A stretch of 64,000 nt of DNA, taken from positions 1 through 64,000 of the IMG/VR virus record IMGVR_UViG_3300025838_000032; one strand, given 5' to 3'. Shown in pieces: positions 17,707 to 26,018 of this stretch. The notes below the pieces were generated by a model. That model was not told the origin of the DNA. It saw only the letters and a program-made list of their open reading frames with translations, and did no database searches. Source of the stretch: a virus (lineage: Duplodnaviria; Caudoviricetes). The translations under genes and the position numbers were made by a program. The stretch's first letter is position 1. Each line of letters begins with the position of its first letter.

Positions 17707-18226
17707 GGTATATGCCGCAGGAGAAGCACCAAGTAAATACGTCCCCGGAGATTTCATCCTAGTATCGACCAAGGGTGTACTCGCCAAATTAATTAGGTTT
17801 GGTCAATTTTTGCGCTACCACGGCAAGATGAAACCATACGCGCACTGGAACCACTCAGCCATGATCATAGATGAGGATGGATCCATAGTTGAGGCAATTG
17901 GCCGTGGGGTTGTAGTAGATAACATAAGTTCTTACAAAGATGTAGAATATTATTATGTAAGTACTAAATTAAACAAGCAAAGTCGTGACCAGGCGACAGC
18001 CGCATGCAAAAGCTTTATCAAAGACAAGTACGGATGGCTGACTATTCTCAGCATAACGTTGGAATTAACAACTGGTATAAAGTTCCAATTTAGTAGTAGT
18101 AATACCATGATATGTAGCGCAGTCGTTGCGCAAAGTCTTTGGGCTGCTGGTTATATCTTTGATAAAAACACATATCAAATGATGCCCGCAGATCTCGCCT
18201 CAGCCTTCAATATAATGCATAATTAA
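17690..18226 (+). CDS. Permuted papain-like amidase (YiiX/YaeF, C92-like)
   Basis: PGDFILV...WNHSAMII...IVEA (His before Cys)...ICSAVVAQSL. Confidence 0.75.
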   Translation: MTTTYKVYAAGEAPSKYVPGDFILVSTKGVLAKLIRFGQFLRYHGKMKPYAHWNHSAMIIDEDGSIVEAIGRGVVVDNISSYKDVEYYYVSTKLNKQSRDQATAACKSFIKDKYGWLTILSITLELTTGIKFQFSSSNTMICSAVVAQSLWAAGYIFDKNTYQMMPADLASAFNIMHN

Positions 18227-18242
18227 TAATTATGATAAAAGC

Positions 18243-18271
18243 TTGACTTTTGATAAAAAAAGCAATAATAT
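18243..18271 (+). promoter_or_regulatory. SigA-type promoter, probably giving a leaderless transcript
   Basis: TTGACT-17-TAATAT, with ATG 6 nt downstream at 18278. Confidence 0.55.
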
Positions 18272-18277
18272 TAATTT

Positions 18278-18448
18278 ATGAAAAAAGCAACAATAACAAT
18301 CAGTTATGATGCTAGAGACGCACAAAGCGATGAATTGGCAAGCCAGGAAATCAGCGAAACTATTGCTGGTCTTTTGAATAGTTTGCGGACTCAAGTCAAT
18401 GGCGTACAAGTATCTGTAAAAATCCAAAATAATAAGGAGAATAAATAA
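18278..18448 (+). CDS. Small hypothetical protein (56 aa, MKKATITISYDARD...)
   Basis: Open frame between the promoter and the next ATG. Confidence 0.55.
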   Translation: MKKATITISYDARDAQSDELASQEISETIAGLLNSLRTQVNGVQVSVKIQNNKENK

Positions 18449-18775
18449 ATGAGCGCAACACCTGTTGTATCGACAACTGTGCGGGTTACACTCCGTGCTT
18501 TTATCTCGGCAGCTGTGGGTTCTTTGATCGCCTGGGGCGTTGCTAAGTGGGGAAGTTTCCACGCTGGCACCTTTGCTTTCTTGGTTCCCGTAGCTTCTGG
18601 TTTGTATTACACCGTGATCAATTGGTTGGAGAAGAAGTACCCGTCCCTTGGATGGTTGCTTGGTACTCTCCCACAGCCTAAGGGCAACCCTGCTCCTCCC
18701 GCTGTAACGCCAACCCCGGCTCCTACACCTGCTCCGGCCCCAGCACCCGCTGCTGGTAAGAAGCCAACGAAGTAA
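18449..18775 (+). CDS. Holin-like membrane protein
   Basis: Two TM segments plus a Pro/Ala tail; SD AAGGAG. Confidence 0.5.
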   Translation: MSATPVVSTTVRVTLRAFISAAVGSLIAWGVAKWGSFHAGTFAFLVPVASGLYYTVINWLEKKYPSLGWLLGTLPQPKGNPAPPAVTPTPAPTPAPAPAPAAGKKPTK

Positions 18776-18784
18776 AGTAGTTTA

Positions 18785-18858
18785 GGCCCCATAGCTCAAC
18801 TGGTCAGAGCACCACCCTGTCACGGTGGGGGTTGGGGATTCGAGCTCCCCTGGGGTCG
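18785..18858 (+). tRNA. tRNA-Asp(GTC)
   Basis: Cloverleaf, anticodon loop CTGTCAC, discriminator G, no encoded CCA. Confidence 0.9.
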
Positions 18859-18862
18859 CTAT

Positions 18863-19447
18863 ATGCAAACATTGAAAGAAATATTAGAAGACAATATCGG
18901 ACTTACATGGTTTGCCGAGAACAATGTTGGTACCGACAAAGGTAGTGGTCATCACGGAGAACACAACTACATTGATGGGTTCTACGATAAAGAATTCGCT
19001 AGGTATCAAGACAAAGAAATCTCCCTATTAGAGATCGGTATCTTTGGCGGAGCATCACTAGCTCTCTGGAGTAAATACTTTACAAATGCCAACATTGTTG
19101 GTATAGATATTGCGGACAACGTCCCGGAGAAATACAAGTATCTTGATAGAGTTACTCATGTATTTAAGGACGCATACTCATATGATGTTGCCGAATCTCT
19201 AGGTAATTTTGATATCATCATTGATGACGGCCCCCACACTCTGGATTCAATGATTCAGTGCATCAGACTATATTTTGATAAGATTAATGATGGTGGTATT
19301 CTAGTTATAGAGGATTTACAGGATCCAGCGTGGTTCGATCTTCTTAGAGAGAATGTACCTAACGAATATCAAGACAATATTGAATACATCGATCTTAGAA
19401 AAAATGTCAATAGACATGATGATCTATTGTTCATAGTTCGTAAGTAG
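18863..19447 (+). CDS. Class I SAM-dependent (sugar O-) methyltransferase
   Basis: TDKG...LLEIGIFGGASL...IVGIDI...FDIIIDDGPH. Confidence 0.85.
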   Translation: MQTLKEILEDNIGLTWFAENNVGTDKGSGHHGEHNYIDGFYDKEFARYQDKEISLLEIGIFGGASLALWSKYFTNANIVGIDIADNVPEKYKYLDRVTHVFKDAYSYDVAESLGNFDIIIDDGPHTLDSMIQCIRLYFDKINDGGILVIEDLQDPAWFDLLRENVPNEYQDNIEYIDLRKNVNRHDDLLFIVRK

Positions 19448-19453
19448 TATCAT

Positions 19454-19529
19454 TCTACCCTAGCATAATTGGCAATGCACAAAACTGTTAATTTTGAAAA
19501 TCTCCGTTCGAGTCGGAGGGGTAGAGCCA
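19454..19529 (+). tRNA. tRNA-Asn(GTT)
   Basis: TCTACCC/GGGTAGA acceptor, loop CTGTTAA, CCA end. Confidence 0.88.
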
Positions 19530-19531
19530 GG

Positions 19532-19619
19532 GGAAGCATGGCTGAGAGGCTAAAGGCACCGGTTTGCTAAACCGGCAGCGGTTCGCCGCTCGTAGGTTCG
19601 AATCCTACTGCTTCCGCCA
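19532..19619 (+). tRNA. tRNA-Ser(GCT)
   Basis: Long variable arm, loop TTGCTAA, GCCA end. Confidence 0.92.
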
Positions 19620-19630
19620 TAAATAAAAGG

Positions 19631-20065
19631 ATGATTATGACCACTAGAGTCTATACTGGAGGGACATTCGATATGTTCCATCCTGGCCATGTTAATCTAT
19701 TAAGACGATGCAGAGAAATATCCGGTCCAGACGGTCACGTAACGGTTTCTCTTAACACAGATGAATTTATTGAACAATATAAGGGCAAAAGGCCGGTCTG
19801 TAATTTTACTGAGCGTAGAGATGTGCTTCTGAGCTGTAAATATGTCGATGAAGTCGTGGCGAACATCGGTGGTGTTAATTCTAAGATCTCCGTAGAGCTC
19901 TGTATGCCTGATTATATAGTTATTGGGTCAGACTGGGCCGAAAGGGACTACTACAAGCAAATGGGATTTGATCAGAAGTGGCTTAATGAGCATAATATTG
20001 GGCTCGTCTATGTTCCATATACACCCGGCGTTTCTTCCACTGATATTAAGAAGAGAATGTCTTGA
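19631..20065 (+). CDS. Cytidylyltransferase (TagD / glycerol-3-phosphate CTase-like)
   Basis: GGTFDMFHPGH (HxGH motif), ERRDVLLSCKYVDEV, GSDW, YTPGVSST. Confidence 0.85.
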   Translation: MIMTTRVYTGGTFDMFHPGHVNLLRRCREISGPDGHVTVSLNTDEFIEQYKGKRPVCNFTERRDVLLSCKYVDEVVANIGGVNSKISVELCMPDYIVIGSDWAERDYYKQMGFDQKWLNEHNIGLVYVPYTPGVSSTDIKKRMS

Positions 20066-20610
20066 AAGAACTGATTGTGGTTGCCACTTCTCCTGGCAGG
20101 GAAGAATGGGCTAAAGATTGTTCAGAATCTATAAAAAGACCGCATATGGTTCTAAGTATATACGGTTATGAACTTGGTAAGATCAAGTGGCTTTATGAAA
20201 ACACTAATTTAGATAGATTTGCCATTTTACAAGATAGTGTTGTTATAACAAACCCAGATATTTTTGATAAAATTTGGGATACTCCAGGCAGTATCTGTCT
20301 CCATCACGAAGCACGCCATATGAGCTGCTATCTCGGTGTATACGAAAGAAAAGTCTTAGACAAGATTGATATACCAGTTATAAATACAAAAGATGCATCA
20401 GTATTTAATGAGAGTGCCTGGATAACCAATTATCTACAGGCTGCTGATGAGACTGTTTGCTTTGACACTGACGGATCCTTTGGGGCCATAGAACCTCGTC
20501 ATGGCAGAGACAATCTTATATACTCCAATAGTTTTTTAATAAAATATAGGGGGAATTGGGGGCAGTTACCATTCGACGGGAGTGACCCACAAGACGCAAA
20601 GGAAAAATAA
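20062..20610 (+). CDS. Hypothetical protein, possibly glycosyltransferase-like
   Basis: FAILQDS, YLGVY; sits next to the CTase. Family not certain. Confidence 0.55.
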   Translation: MKELIVVATSPGREEWAKDCSESIKRPHMVLSIYGYELGKIKWLYENTNLDRFAILQDSVVITNPDIFDKIWDTPGSICLHHEARHMSCYLGVYERKVLDKIDIPVINTKDASVFNESAWITNYLQAADETVCFDTDGSFGAIEPRHGRDNLIYSNSFLIKYRGNWGQLPFDGSDPQDAKEK

Positions 20611-20762
20611 TGGACAAAAAAGAGATAAAATTCAATATTCCAATGAGATTATTTGCTAGAATAGAGAGGGTAGCAGATTCTTTAGGATATAATGATGTGG
20701 ATGAATTTATGAGCTATTACATGAGTCTTAATTTCCAAGTTTTTGATACTCCTGAAGAGTAG
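20610..20762 (+). CDS. Small protein, possibly a ribbon-helix-helix DNA binder
   Basis: 50 aa, IKFNIPMRLFARIERVADSLG pattern; TAATG coupling. Confidence 0.45.
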   Translation: MDKKEIKFNIPMRLFARIERVADSLGYNDVDEFMSYYMSLNFQVFDTPEE

Positions 20763-20771
20763 TAGCATAGA

Positions 20772-20842
20772 TCTGGGGTAGTGTAAAGGTAGCACGCAAC
20801 TCTTTGAAAGTTGTAGCCCTCGTTCGACCCGAGGCCCCAGAG
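20772..20842 (+). tRNA. tRNA-Gln(TTG)
   Basis: TCTGGGG/CCCCAGA acceptor, loop CTTTGAA, G73. Confidence 0.85.
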
Positions 20843-20882
20843 CACTGAGAATTGGGGTTCGGTTCCCTATTCCTCAGCAAAT

Positions 20883-20966
20883 CGATGGGTGGCGGAGTGG
20901 CCAAAGGAATCTGGCTGTAAACTAGCTCCTTCGGGTACGGGAGTTCGAATCTCTCTCCATCGACCA
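20883..20966 (+). tRNA. tRNA-Tyr(GTA), atypical
   Basis: Loop CTGTAAA, long variable arm, ACCA end; C1:G72 and an unpaired D-stem. Confidence 0.75.
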
Positions 20967-20967
20967 A

Positions 20968-21046
20968 CCGGGTAGGAGCGACGTTGGTAGTTGCTGGCAT
21001 TCTTATAAAGTGTTGATCCCTGGTTCGATTCCAGGTGCCCGGACCA
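20968..21046 (+). tRNA. tRNA-Ile(TAT), atypical
   Basis: CCGGGTA/TGCCCGG acceptor, loop CTTATAA, T-arm CCTGG-TTCGATT-CCAGG, ACCA end. Confidence 0.75.
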
Positions 21047-21132
21047 TTTAAAACCATATTCAGCGTGTATGAGTTAATAGGGAATACCACCCTTTGTCCA
21101 GCGCCTTTTTAGGCAGAATAAGGAGCAACACG

Positions 21133-21522
21133 ATGACCTCGATGTTCGACTACGACGATTCAGTAAACTTGGCATGGGATGCCAAAATCGCGGGTAAGAG
21201 TCTTATCGCCGCAAAGCATGATCTATTAACCAAGACCGGTGAGTTCCTTTTTCTTGCGCATAGCCCTAGGGAGCTTGCTCTGCGTATGCAGATGGTCGAA
21301 GAGGATATCGAGAAGATTGCGTACCGCAAACTTGCCAACATCAGTGATTCTAAGGCCAAGTTGGTCCGTGCTGTCTATGAAGAGTGGCAGATCCGCCACG
21401 CCCACTGCCCTTCGTGCTCTGGACAATCAGGCGATCTGGACGCCGGAAAGCGCGATTATAACAGCGACAGTTACGTCGATGCTCTCCACCACCCGGAGCA
21501 CCCAGACACGGTTAATAAGTAA
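21133..21522 (+). CDS. Hypothetical protein
   Basis: SD AAGGAG before ATG at 21133; HAHCPSC. Confidence 0.75.
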   Translation: MTSMFDYDDSVNLAWDAKIAGKSLIAAKHDLLTKTGEFLFLAHSPRELALRMQMVEEDIEKIAYRKLANISDSKAKLVRAVYEEWQIRHAHCPSCSGQSGDLDAGKRDYNSDSYVDALHHPEHPDTVNK

Positions 21523-21547
21523 TTAATCTAATTTAAGTTAGGTTAAT

Positions 21548-22990
21548 ATGAAATTTAATTCAAGCAGAGTAGAGAGATCAACCAACCCCGAGACCGGGGA
21601 GTCTGCCTACATCCCATTTTGGATGGGGAAGCCTGATGTAAAGTCTAGGGATATTACTCCAAGCCAAGAGTATGATAGAAATAGGGACATCCTATATCGT
21701 TTTAAGAAAAATACGATGGGTGAGCACAAAGACGCATGTTCTTTCTGCTTGGAAAAGGATTGTAAAGGGTATAACGGTCTAGGGTTCGGGATCCACTTCG
21801 TACCTGGGAAACTGCCAGAACGCCAGCAAAACCCTCCAGAAGAGAAGGTTCATGCGTCGCTGGAAGACGCTTATAAATCTCTCCTGCAAGAGATGGAATC
21901 TGATCCTGATAGATTCCCAATAAAGTTTACAAAAAAGGCCGGTATTGTTACCGTAACTCTTCGGAACAAGTCTTTTAATTCTAAAAGATCTTTTGTTGTA
22001 CGTTCTCACTATCTAGATGATGACTACGAGGAAGCCCAGGCTGCTGCTGCACAGCCGGATAACTATTCTTTAATATCTGGCAAAGAAGAAGCAACGCACT
22101 TTGATAAATACTTTAGCAAGGACGATCCCGAAGACGTTGGATCTTTACCGGACTACAGCGATTTGGATGATGATACTCCATACGAAAATGAGTTCAGTAG
22201 TTTTGATAGTGGCCCAGAAAGAATAGATAAAGAAGAAGATAACTTGGTTTGCCCCACTTGTACGGGGATGTCAAAACACAACACGGATGGTAACCATATT
22301 TTTACCGGTGATCCACATTGTTCCGGTTGTTCTGATGACAATTGTTCTGGAAGCAAAACAACCGTCGGTGTGCACTGCCCCAGTTGCAAGAACGAAGAGA
22401 ATTGTGATGGTAAAAAGCGTTATGAATGGGTAGGCGAAAACAAAGAAAAAGTTTGCCCTACCTGCAATAACTCCGGAGAAATCACTTTTGATCAAATGAG
22501 AGCTATTGAGCTCGCTAAACACGAGGGTAGAGACCCTTTAGAGTTATCTAATAGTTCTTCTTTCGTAGACAGAGATAAAGATGCCGAGGGCGTTCACGAA
22601 GAGCAATACGACAAGAAGGATCTAGAGAACCCTATCGTCCAGAGCACCTTACCAGAATCCTCAAACAAAACACGTGCTTCGACAGAGGTCTTTAACCCAC
22701 AGATTTCCAGTGCTATATTAAATAGAATACAGAAAAGAAAGCTTACAAAAGAGCCCGATGTCAATCTAGCTATAACTGGTACGCCCACTTCTTCTGCTGA
22801 AGTAAAGCACGGGAAAAGCTGTAAGTGTAATGGCACCGGTAGATTGGGCGAAAAAGAGATTGGTGATCTGATCAATACCGATGATTATAAGAAAGGTATC
22901 GCTAATATTGTGACGACCTTTTCTGGTGAAGAGAAAAAGCGTAAGTTGGCTGAATTCGTAAAACAACAATATGCGTGTAAAGGTGAATGA
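21548..22990 (+). CDS. Large protein with several CxxC / CxxCxGxG zinc-finger motifs (MKFNSS...)
   Basis: CSFC, CPTCTG, CSGC, CPSC, CPTCNNSG, CKCNGTG. Confidence 0.8.
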   Translation: MKFNSSRVERSTNPETGESAYIPFWMGKPDVKSRDITPSQEYDRNRDILYRFKKNTMGEHKDACSFCLEKDCKGYNGLGFGIHFVPGKLPERQQNPPEEKVHASLEDAYKSLLQEMESDPDRFPIKFTKKAGIVTVTLRNKSFNSKRSFVVRSHYLDDDYEEAQAAAAQPDNYSLISGKEEATHFDKYFSKDDPEDVGSLPDYSDLDDDTPYENEFSSFDSGPERIDKEEDNLVCPTCTGMSKHNTDGNHIFTGDPHCSGCSDDNCSGSKTTVGVHCPSCKNEENCDGKKRYEWVGENKEKVCPTCNNSGEITFDQMRAIELAKHEGRDPLELSNSSSFVDRDKDAEGVHEEQYDKKDLENPIVQSTLPESSNKTRASTEVFNPQISSAILNRIQKRKLTKEPDVNLAITGTPTSSAEVKHGKSCKCNGTGRLGEKEIGDLINTDDYKKGIANIVTTFSGEEKKRKLAEFVKQQYACKGE

Positions 22991-23634
22991 TGGCACACGC
23001 TTACGGTAATAAAAAAGCAGAATGCGTTATCCACGTAGCAAAAAAGAACCTTTCTAGCAAGTTGTTTGATGAACAGTTTGGCCATTTAGGGCCATGCGAT
23101 GACGTTGACCGTAGTTCTCCAGGGTTCCTTGAATCAGCGCTAGAGAACGCTGGCGAGGATGTTGTTGAACAACTCGCAAACAAAGCCGAGCGGCCAAAGG
23201 GCGAGATCCAGCTCACTCCTGGAGGCAATGCTCTTCACTACTATTGCAAAAATCATGCTCAAGAAGGTAGAAAAAGTATAGAGTTTACAGAAAGAGCTTT
23301 ACAGAACATTAGACCGATCTTGAATGACCGAGAACCGATCAATATAAAAAGAAGATTTATTGATCGTAAAAACGTTAAAAAAGAGAAGGCTATTTCTTAC
23401 TATAACCGTCTTTTGAGAGCTATGCATATCAACAAGACTATTACTAACAATGAACAAGATTCCCCAGAAGAAGCCATTTATGGAATTTCTTCTGACGCAC
23501 CAGAACACGATCTTGTTCCATCGCTATATAACAGCGGTAGCGACATCCCGAGACCGTCTGTACGCAAAGCTCCTCAAGCACAACCTAGTAATAATGAAGA
23601 AGAAATGCCTATCACAATGCCATGGGAAAATTAA
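22987..23634 (+). CDS. Hypothetical protein
   Basis: 215-aa ORF, ATGA-coupled. Confidence 0.75.
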   Translation: MMAHAYGNKKAECVIHVAKKNLSSKLFDEQFGHLGPCDDVDRSSPGFLESALENAGEDVVEQLANKAERPKGEIQLTPGGNALHYYCKNHAQEGRKSIEFTERALQNIRPILNDREPINIKRRFIDRKNVKKEKAISYYNRLLRAMHINKTITNNEQDSPEEAIYGISSDAPEHDLVPSLYNSGSDIPRPSVRKAPQAQPSNNEEEMPITMPWEN

Positions 23635-26018
23635 TGTTTAAATTTACTTTTGATGGGAACAACATAAAGACAGCAGCGGCGAAGCCGGGTCGCCGTGCGC
23701 CCGTAAACATTCAGCATTACATCAATGCCAAAGAGAGTAAGAAAAGCCTAAGAGCAGCCGCCCAGAGTCAAAGAGATGAAGAATCTCGCCTAGCTGAGAT
23801 GGATGCTCCATTTGCTTTACATAACGGTGATTCTTGGGAAATAATCCACTCATCTTTGCCTAAATATAGCGGGAAAAGTAAAAGAGGCACCCCTTACGCT
23901 CGTCAACTAAAGTCTTTGCTGAGAAAAAACAATAGTGGCTACGAAAGAGTCCTTTTATCTCCTTCTGACTTTACTCCTCTACTCAATGATAAGAAACTTA
24001 AGCCTTATAATGGTAAGTTAGAGGGTTTTAGGCCGTCCGGATCCAGCGTTAGCAGACAAACCACTAAATTCCTGCGCACGATAGACAACGCTCGGGCAGC
24101 TGACAATCAGGGTGCACCAGTCTCAGATAATACGAATGGGACTTTAGACCCGGACGATCCAATAAATCTTATTAGAACTCATCGGCGCGGTGCCTTACGA
24201 CGAATGTTAAATTCATACGCTCCGTTCAAATCTGGTAAAAATCTTTGTGTTTGTGGAGAAACCCAAGAGAATCACGTAAGCCCGAGCTCTGCGAGAGAAC
24301 ACCACGAGAAAACTGGTGAGCACCTAGAGATACATGATTATTTGCCACAGACAATAGGCTTCGGTGACGCTGGTCACGAAATCCGTGCGAAGCGTTCTCC
24401 GCATCTCTTTTCAATGAGACCGGACAGATCTGGTAACGTAAGGCTATTAAAAGCATTTGATAAAGAGGATGGTCCAAGAACTGAGCAGATGCCAGTCGTT
24501 CGTGTTGGTCTCGAGGCTGATGAATACACTCGTTATACGCGATCTGAATACGCCCAAGAAGGTAAAGGCCAACGCATACAAAGAGCCATCAGTTCTGTAA
24601 CGAACGCTTTAAAAAAGTGCCCAGCATGTAATGGAACAAAAAAGATAAATCCTGATCAAAATGAAAATGCTGTCGATTGCGGAGATTGTTCTGTAGATAA
24701 AATTGTCTATAAAGAAAAAGTTGGCGAGGATGGTAAGCCGACTCTTGAGCCATATACGCGTGGTTTGGGCAACGGGAAACAAGAGTACATTAACCCAGAT
24801 GATGCCCCAATTTGTAAAACATGCCGTGGAGAAAAGAAATTACAGGTTGCTGATCGTTCAAACAACACGACGATAGATTGCCCGGACTGTGATGTAACCG
24901 GTAGAGACACCTCGGCAATTACTTGTAACAATTGTCACTCAGAAAATGGTGCCATAAGGTTAACAACAGATAATACATGCAAATCATGTTCAGGAAAAGG
25001 ATTCTTTGAAACCACTGTTAAACCTTCATTCAAAAAGATAAAAACAAACACTGATAGTGCTGAGAGACGCTCGGGCAATGCTAGATACGCGCTTGAATAC
25101 AAAAGCGATACTTCTGCTGCAACAGGTGTGGACGCATGGAAGGCTCACGGGGATAAAGAATGCACGCGCTGCCATGGTGACGACGAGTCCCAGATGCCAT
25201 CAACAGGGCTTCCTTGCAACTGCAGAATCACTAGTCATGAAGATTCTGATTCTTTGCCAAGTGGATTACGGCTTATACACCCCAACCACATAATTATTCC
25301 AGAGAATCACTATCAAAGAGCTTTGGCTAGAGCTTATGGCGGCAATCTCTCTACTTCTCCACATGAGATTTCTCACGAGCCGAACTACATAGACCCCGAC
25401 ACTAATCAAACCCCTAGCCAGACCTACGGGATTGGTACGTCTCAAGAGTACAAGAATGGGACTAAAAAAATCCCTGATAGCGCCATTCTGGGTGTTTGGA
25501 GCCTTGGTAAGCAAATCCCACAGAAAGTTCTACAGAGACTCAATGATAAGAGCCGCAAGAATTGGAGCAGCAAGAACGCAAAATTTACTGCGTCTAGCGC
25601 AGATTTGACGGACATTAAAACAGAACTAGAACAGATGCATACGTGGCCGGATCTTATCCCTTCAGAAAAAGCGACTGAAGGTAGCGTCATAGAGCGCCAA
25701 CGTCAAAAAAGAATGCGCGTTAATCCGGAAGATTATCCATCGGACGTTAAACCACATGTTTCTAAGGTTGAAAGAACCATGGCAGGATTACCAGATTATG
25801 AGCAGGGACGGTATAACGCCGACTTGGATGAAATCTATGAGAATGCTTCGTCAGGAGCTTTTGATCGTCTAGGATCCAATGTAGATAGATTATTGTCTAA
25901 TGTAAAACGCTTTAGTGGGCCTGAGACACACGATAGACTATCAGAATCGATATCTGGTCTGAAAGAGCTCGCTGGAAGAAAAGAATCTCCAAAGACTGAG
26001 GAATCAGCGAATGTCTAA
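23634..26018 (+). CDS. Large protein with DnaJ-like CxxCxGxG zinc-finger repeats
   Basis: CPACNG, CGDC, CKTCRG, CPDCDVTG, CNNC, CKSCSGKG, CTRCHG. Confidence 0.8.
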   Translation: MFKFTFDGNNIKTAAAKPGRRAPVNIQHYINAKESKKSLRAAAQSQRDEESRLAEMDAPFALHNGDSWEIIHSSLPKYSGKSKRGTPYARQLKSLLRKNNSGYERVLLSPSDFTPLLNDKKLKPYNGKLEGFRPSGSSVSRQTTKFLRTIDNARAADNQGAPVSDNTNGTLDPDDPINLIRTHRRGALRRMLNSYAPFKSGKNLCVCGETQENHVSPSSAREHHEKTGEHLEIHDYLPQTIGFGDAGHEIRAKRSPHLFSMRPDRSGNVRLLKAFDKEDGPRTEQMPVVRVGLEADEYTRYTRSEYAQEGKGQRIQRAISSVTNALKKCPACNGTKKINPDQNENAVDCGDCSVDKIVYKEKVGEDGKPTLEPYTRGLGNGKQEYINPDDAPICKTCRGEKKLQVADRSNNTTIDCPDCDVTGRDTSAITCNNCHSENGAIRLTTDNTCKSCSGKGFFETTVKPSFKKIKTNTDSAERRSGNARYALEYKSDTSAATGVDAWKAHGDKECTRCHGDDESQMPSTGLPCNCRITSHEDSDSLPSGLRLIHPNHIIIPENHYQRALARAYGGNLSTSPHEISHEPNYIDPDTNQTPSQTYGIGTSQEYKNGTKKIPDSAILGVWSLGKQIPQKVLQRLNDKSRKNWSSKNAKFTASSADLTDIKTELEQMHTWPDLIPSEKATEGSVIERQRQKRMRVNPEDYPSDVKPHVSKVERTMAGLPDYEQGRYNADLDEIYENASSGAFDRLGSNVDRLLSNVKRFSGPETHDRLSESISGLKELAGRKESPKTEESANV

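Noticed and set aside
20968-21046. tRNA-Sec (because of the 6-bp D-stem)
   Set aside because: Anticodon is TAT, not TCA; 7-bp acceptor stem and short variable loop.
21047-21130. tRNA-associated theta/HDV-like ribozyme
   Set aside because: The nested double-pseudoknot pairings could not be identified by eye.
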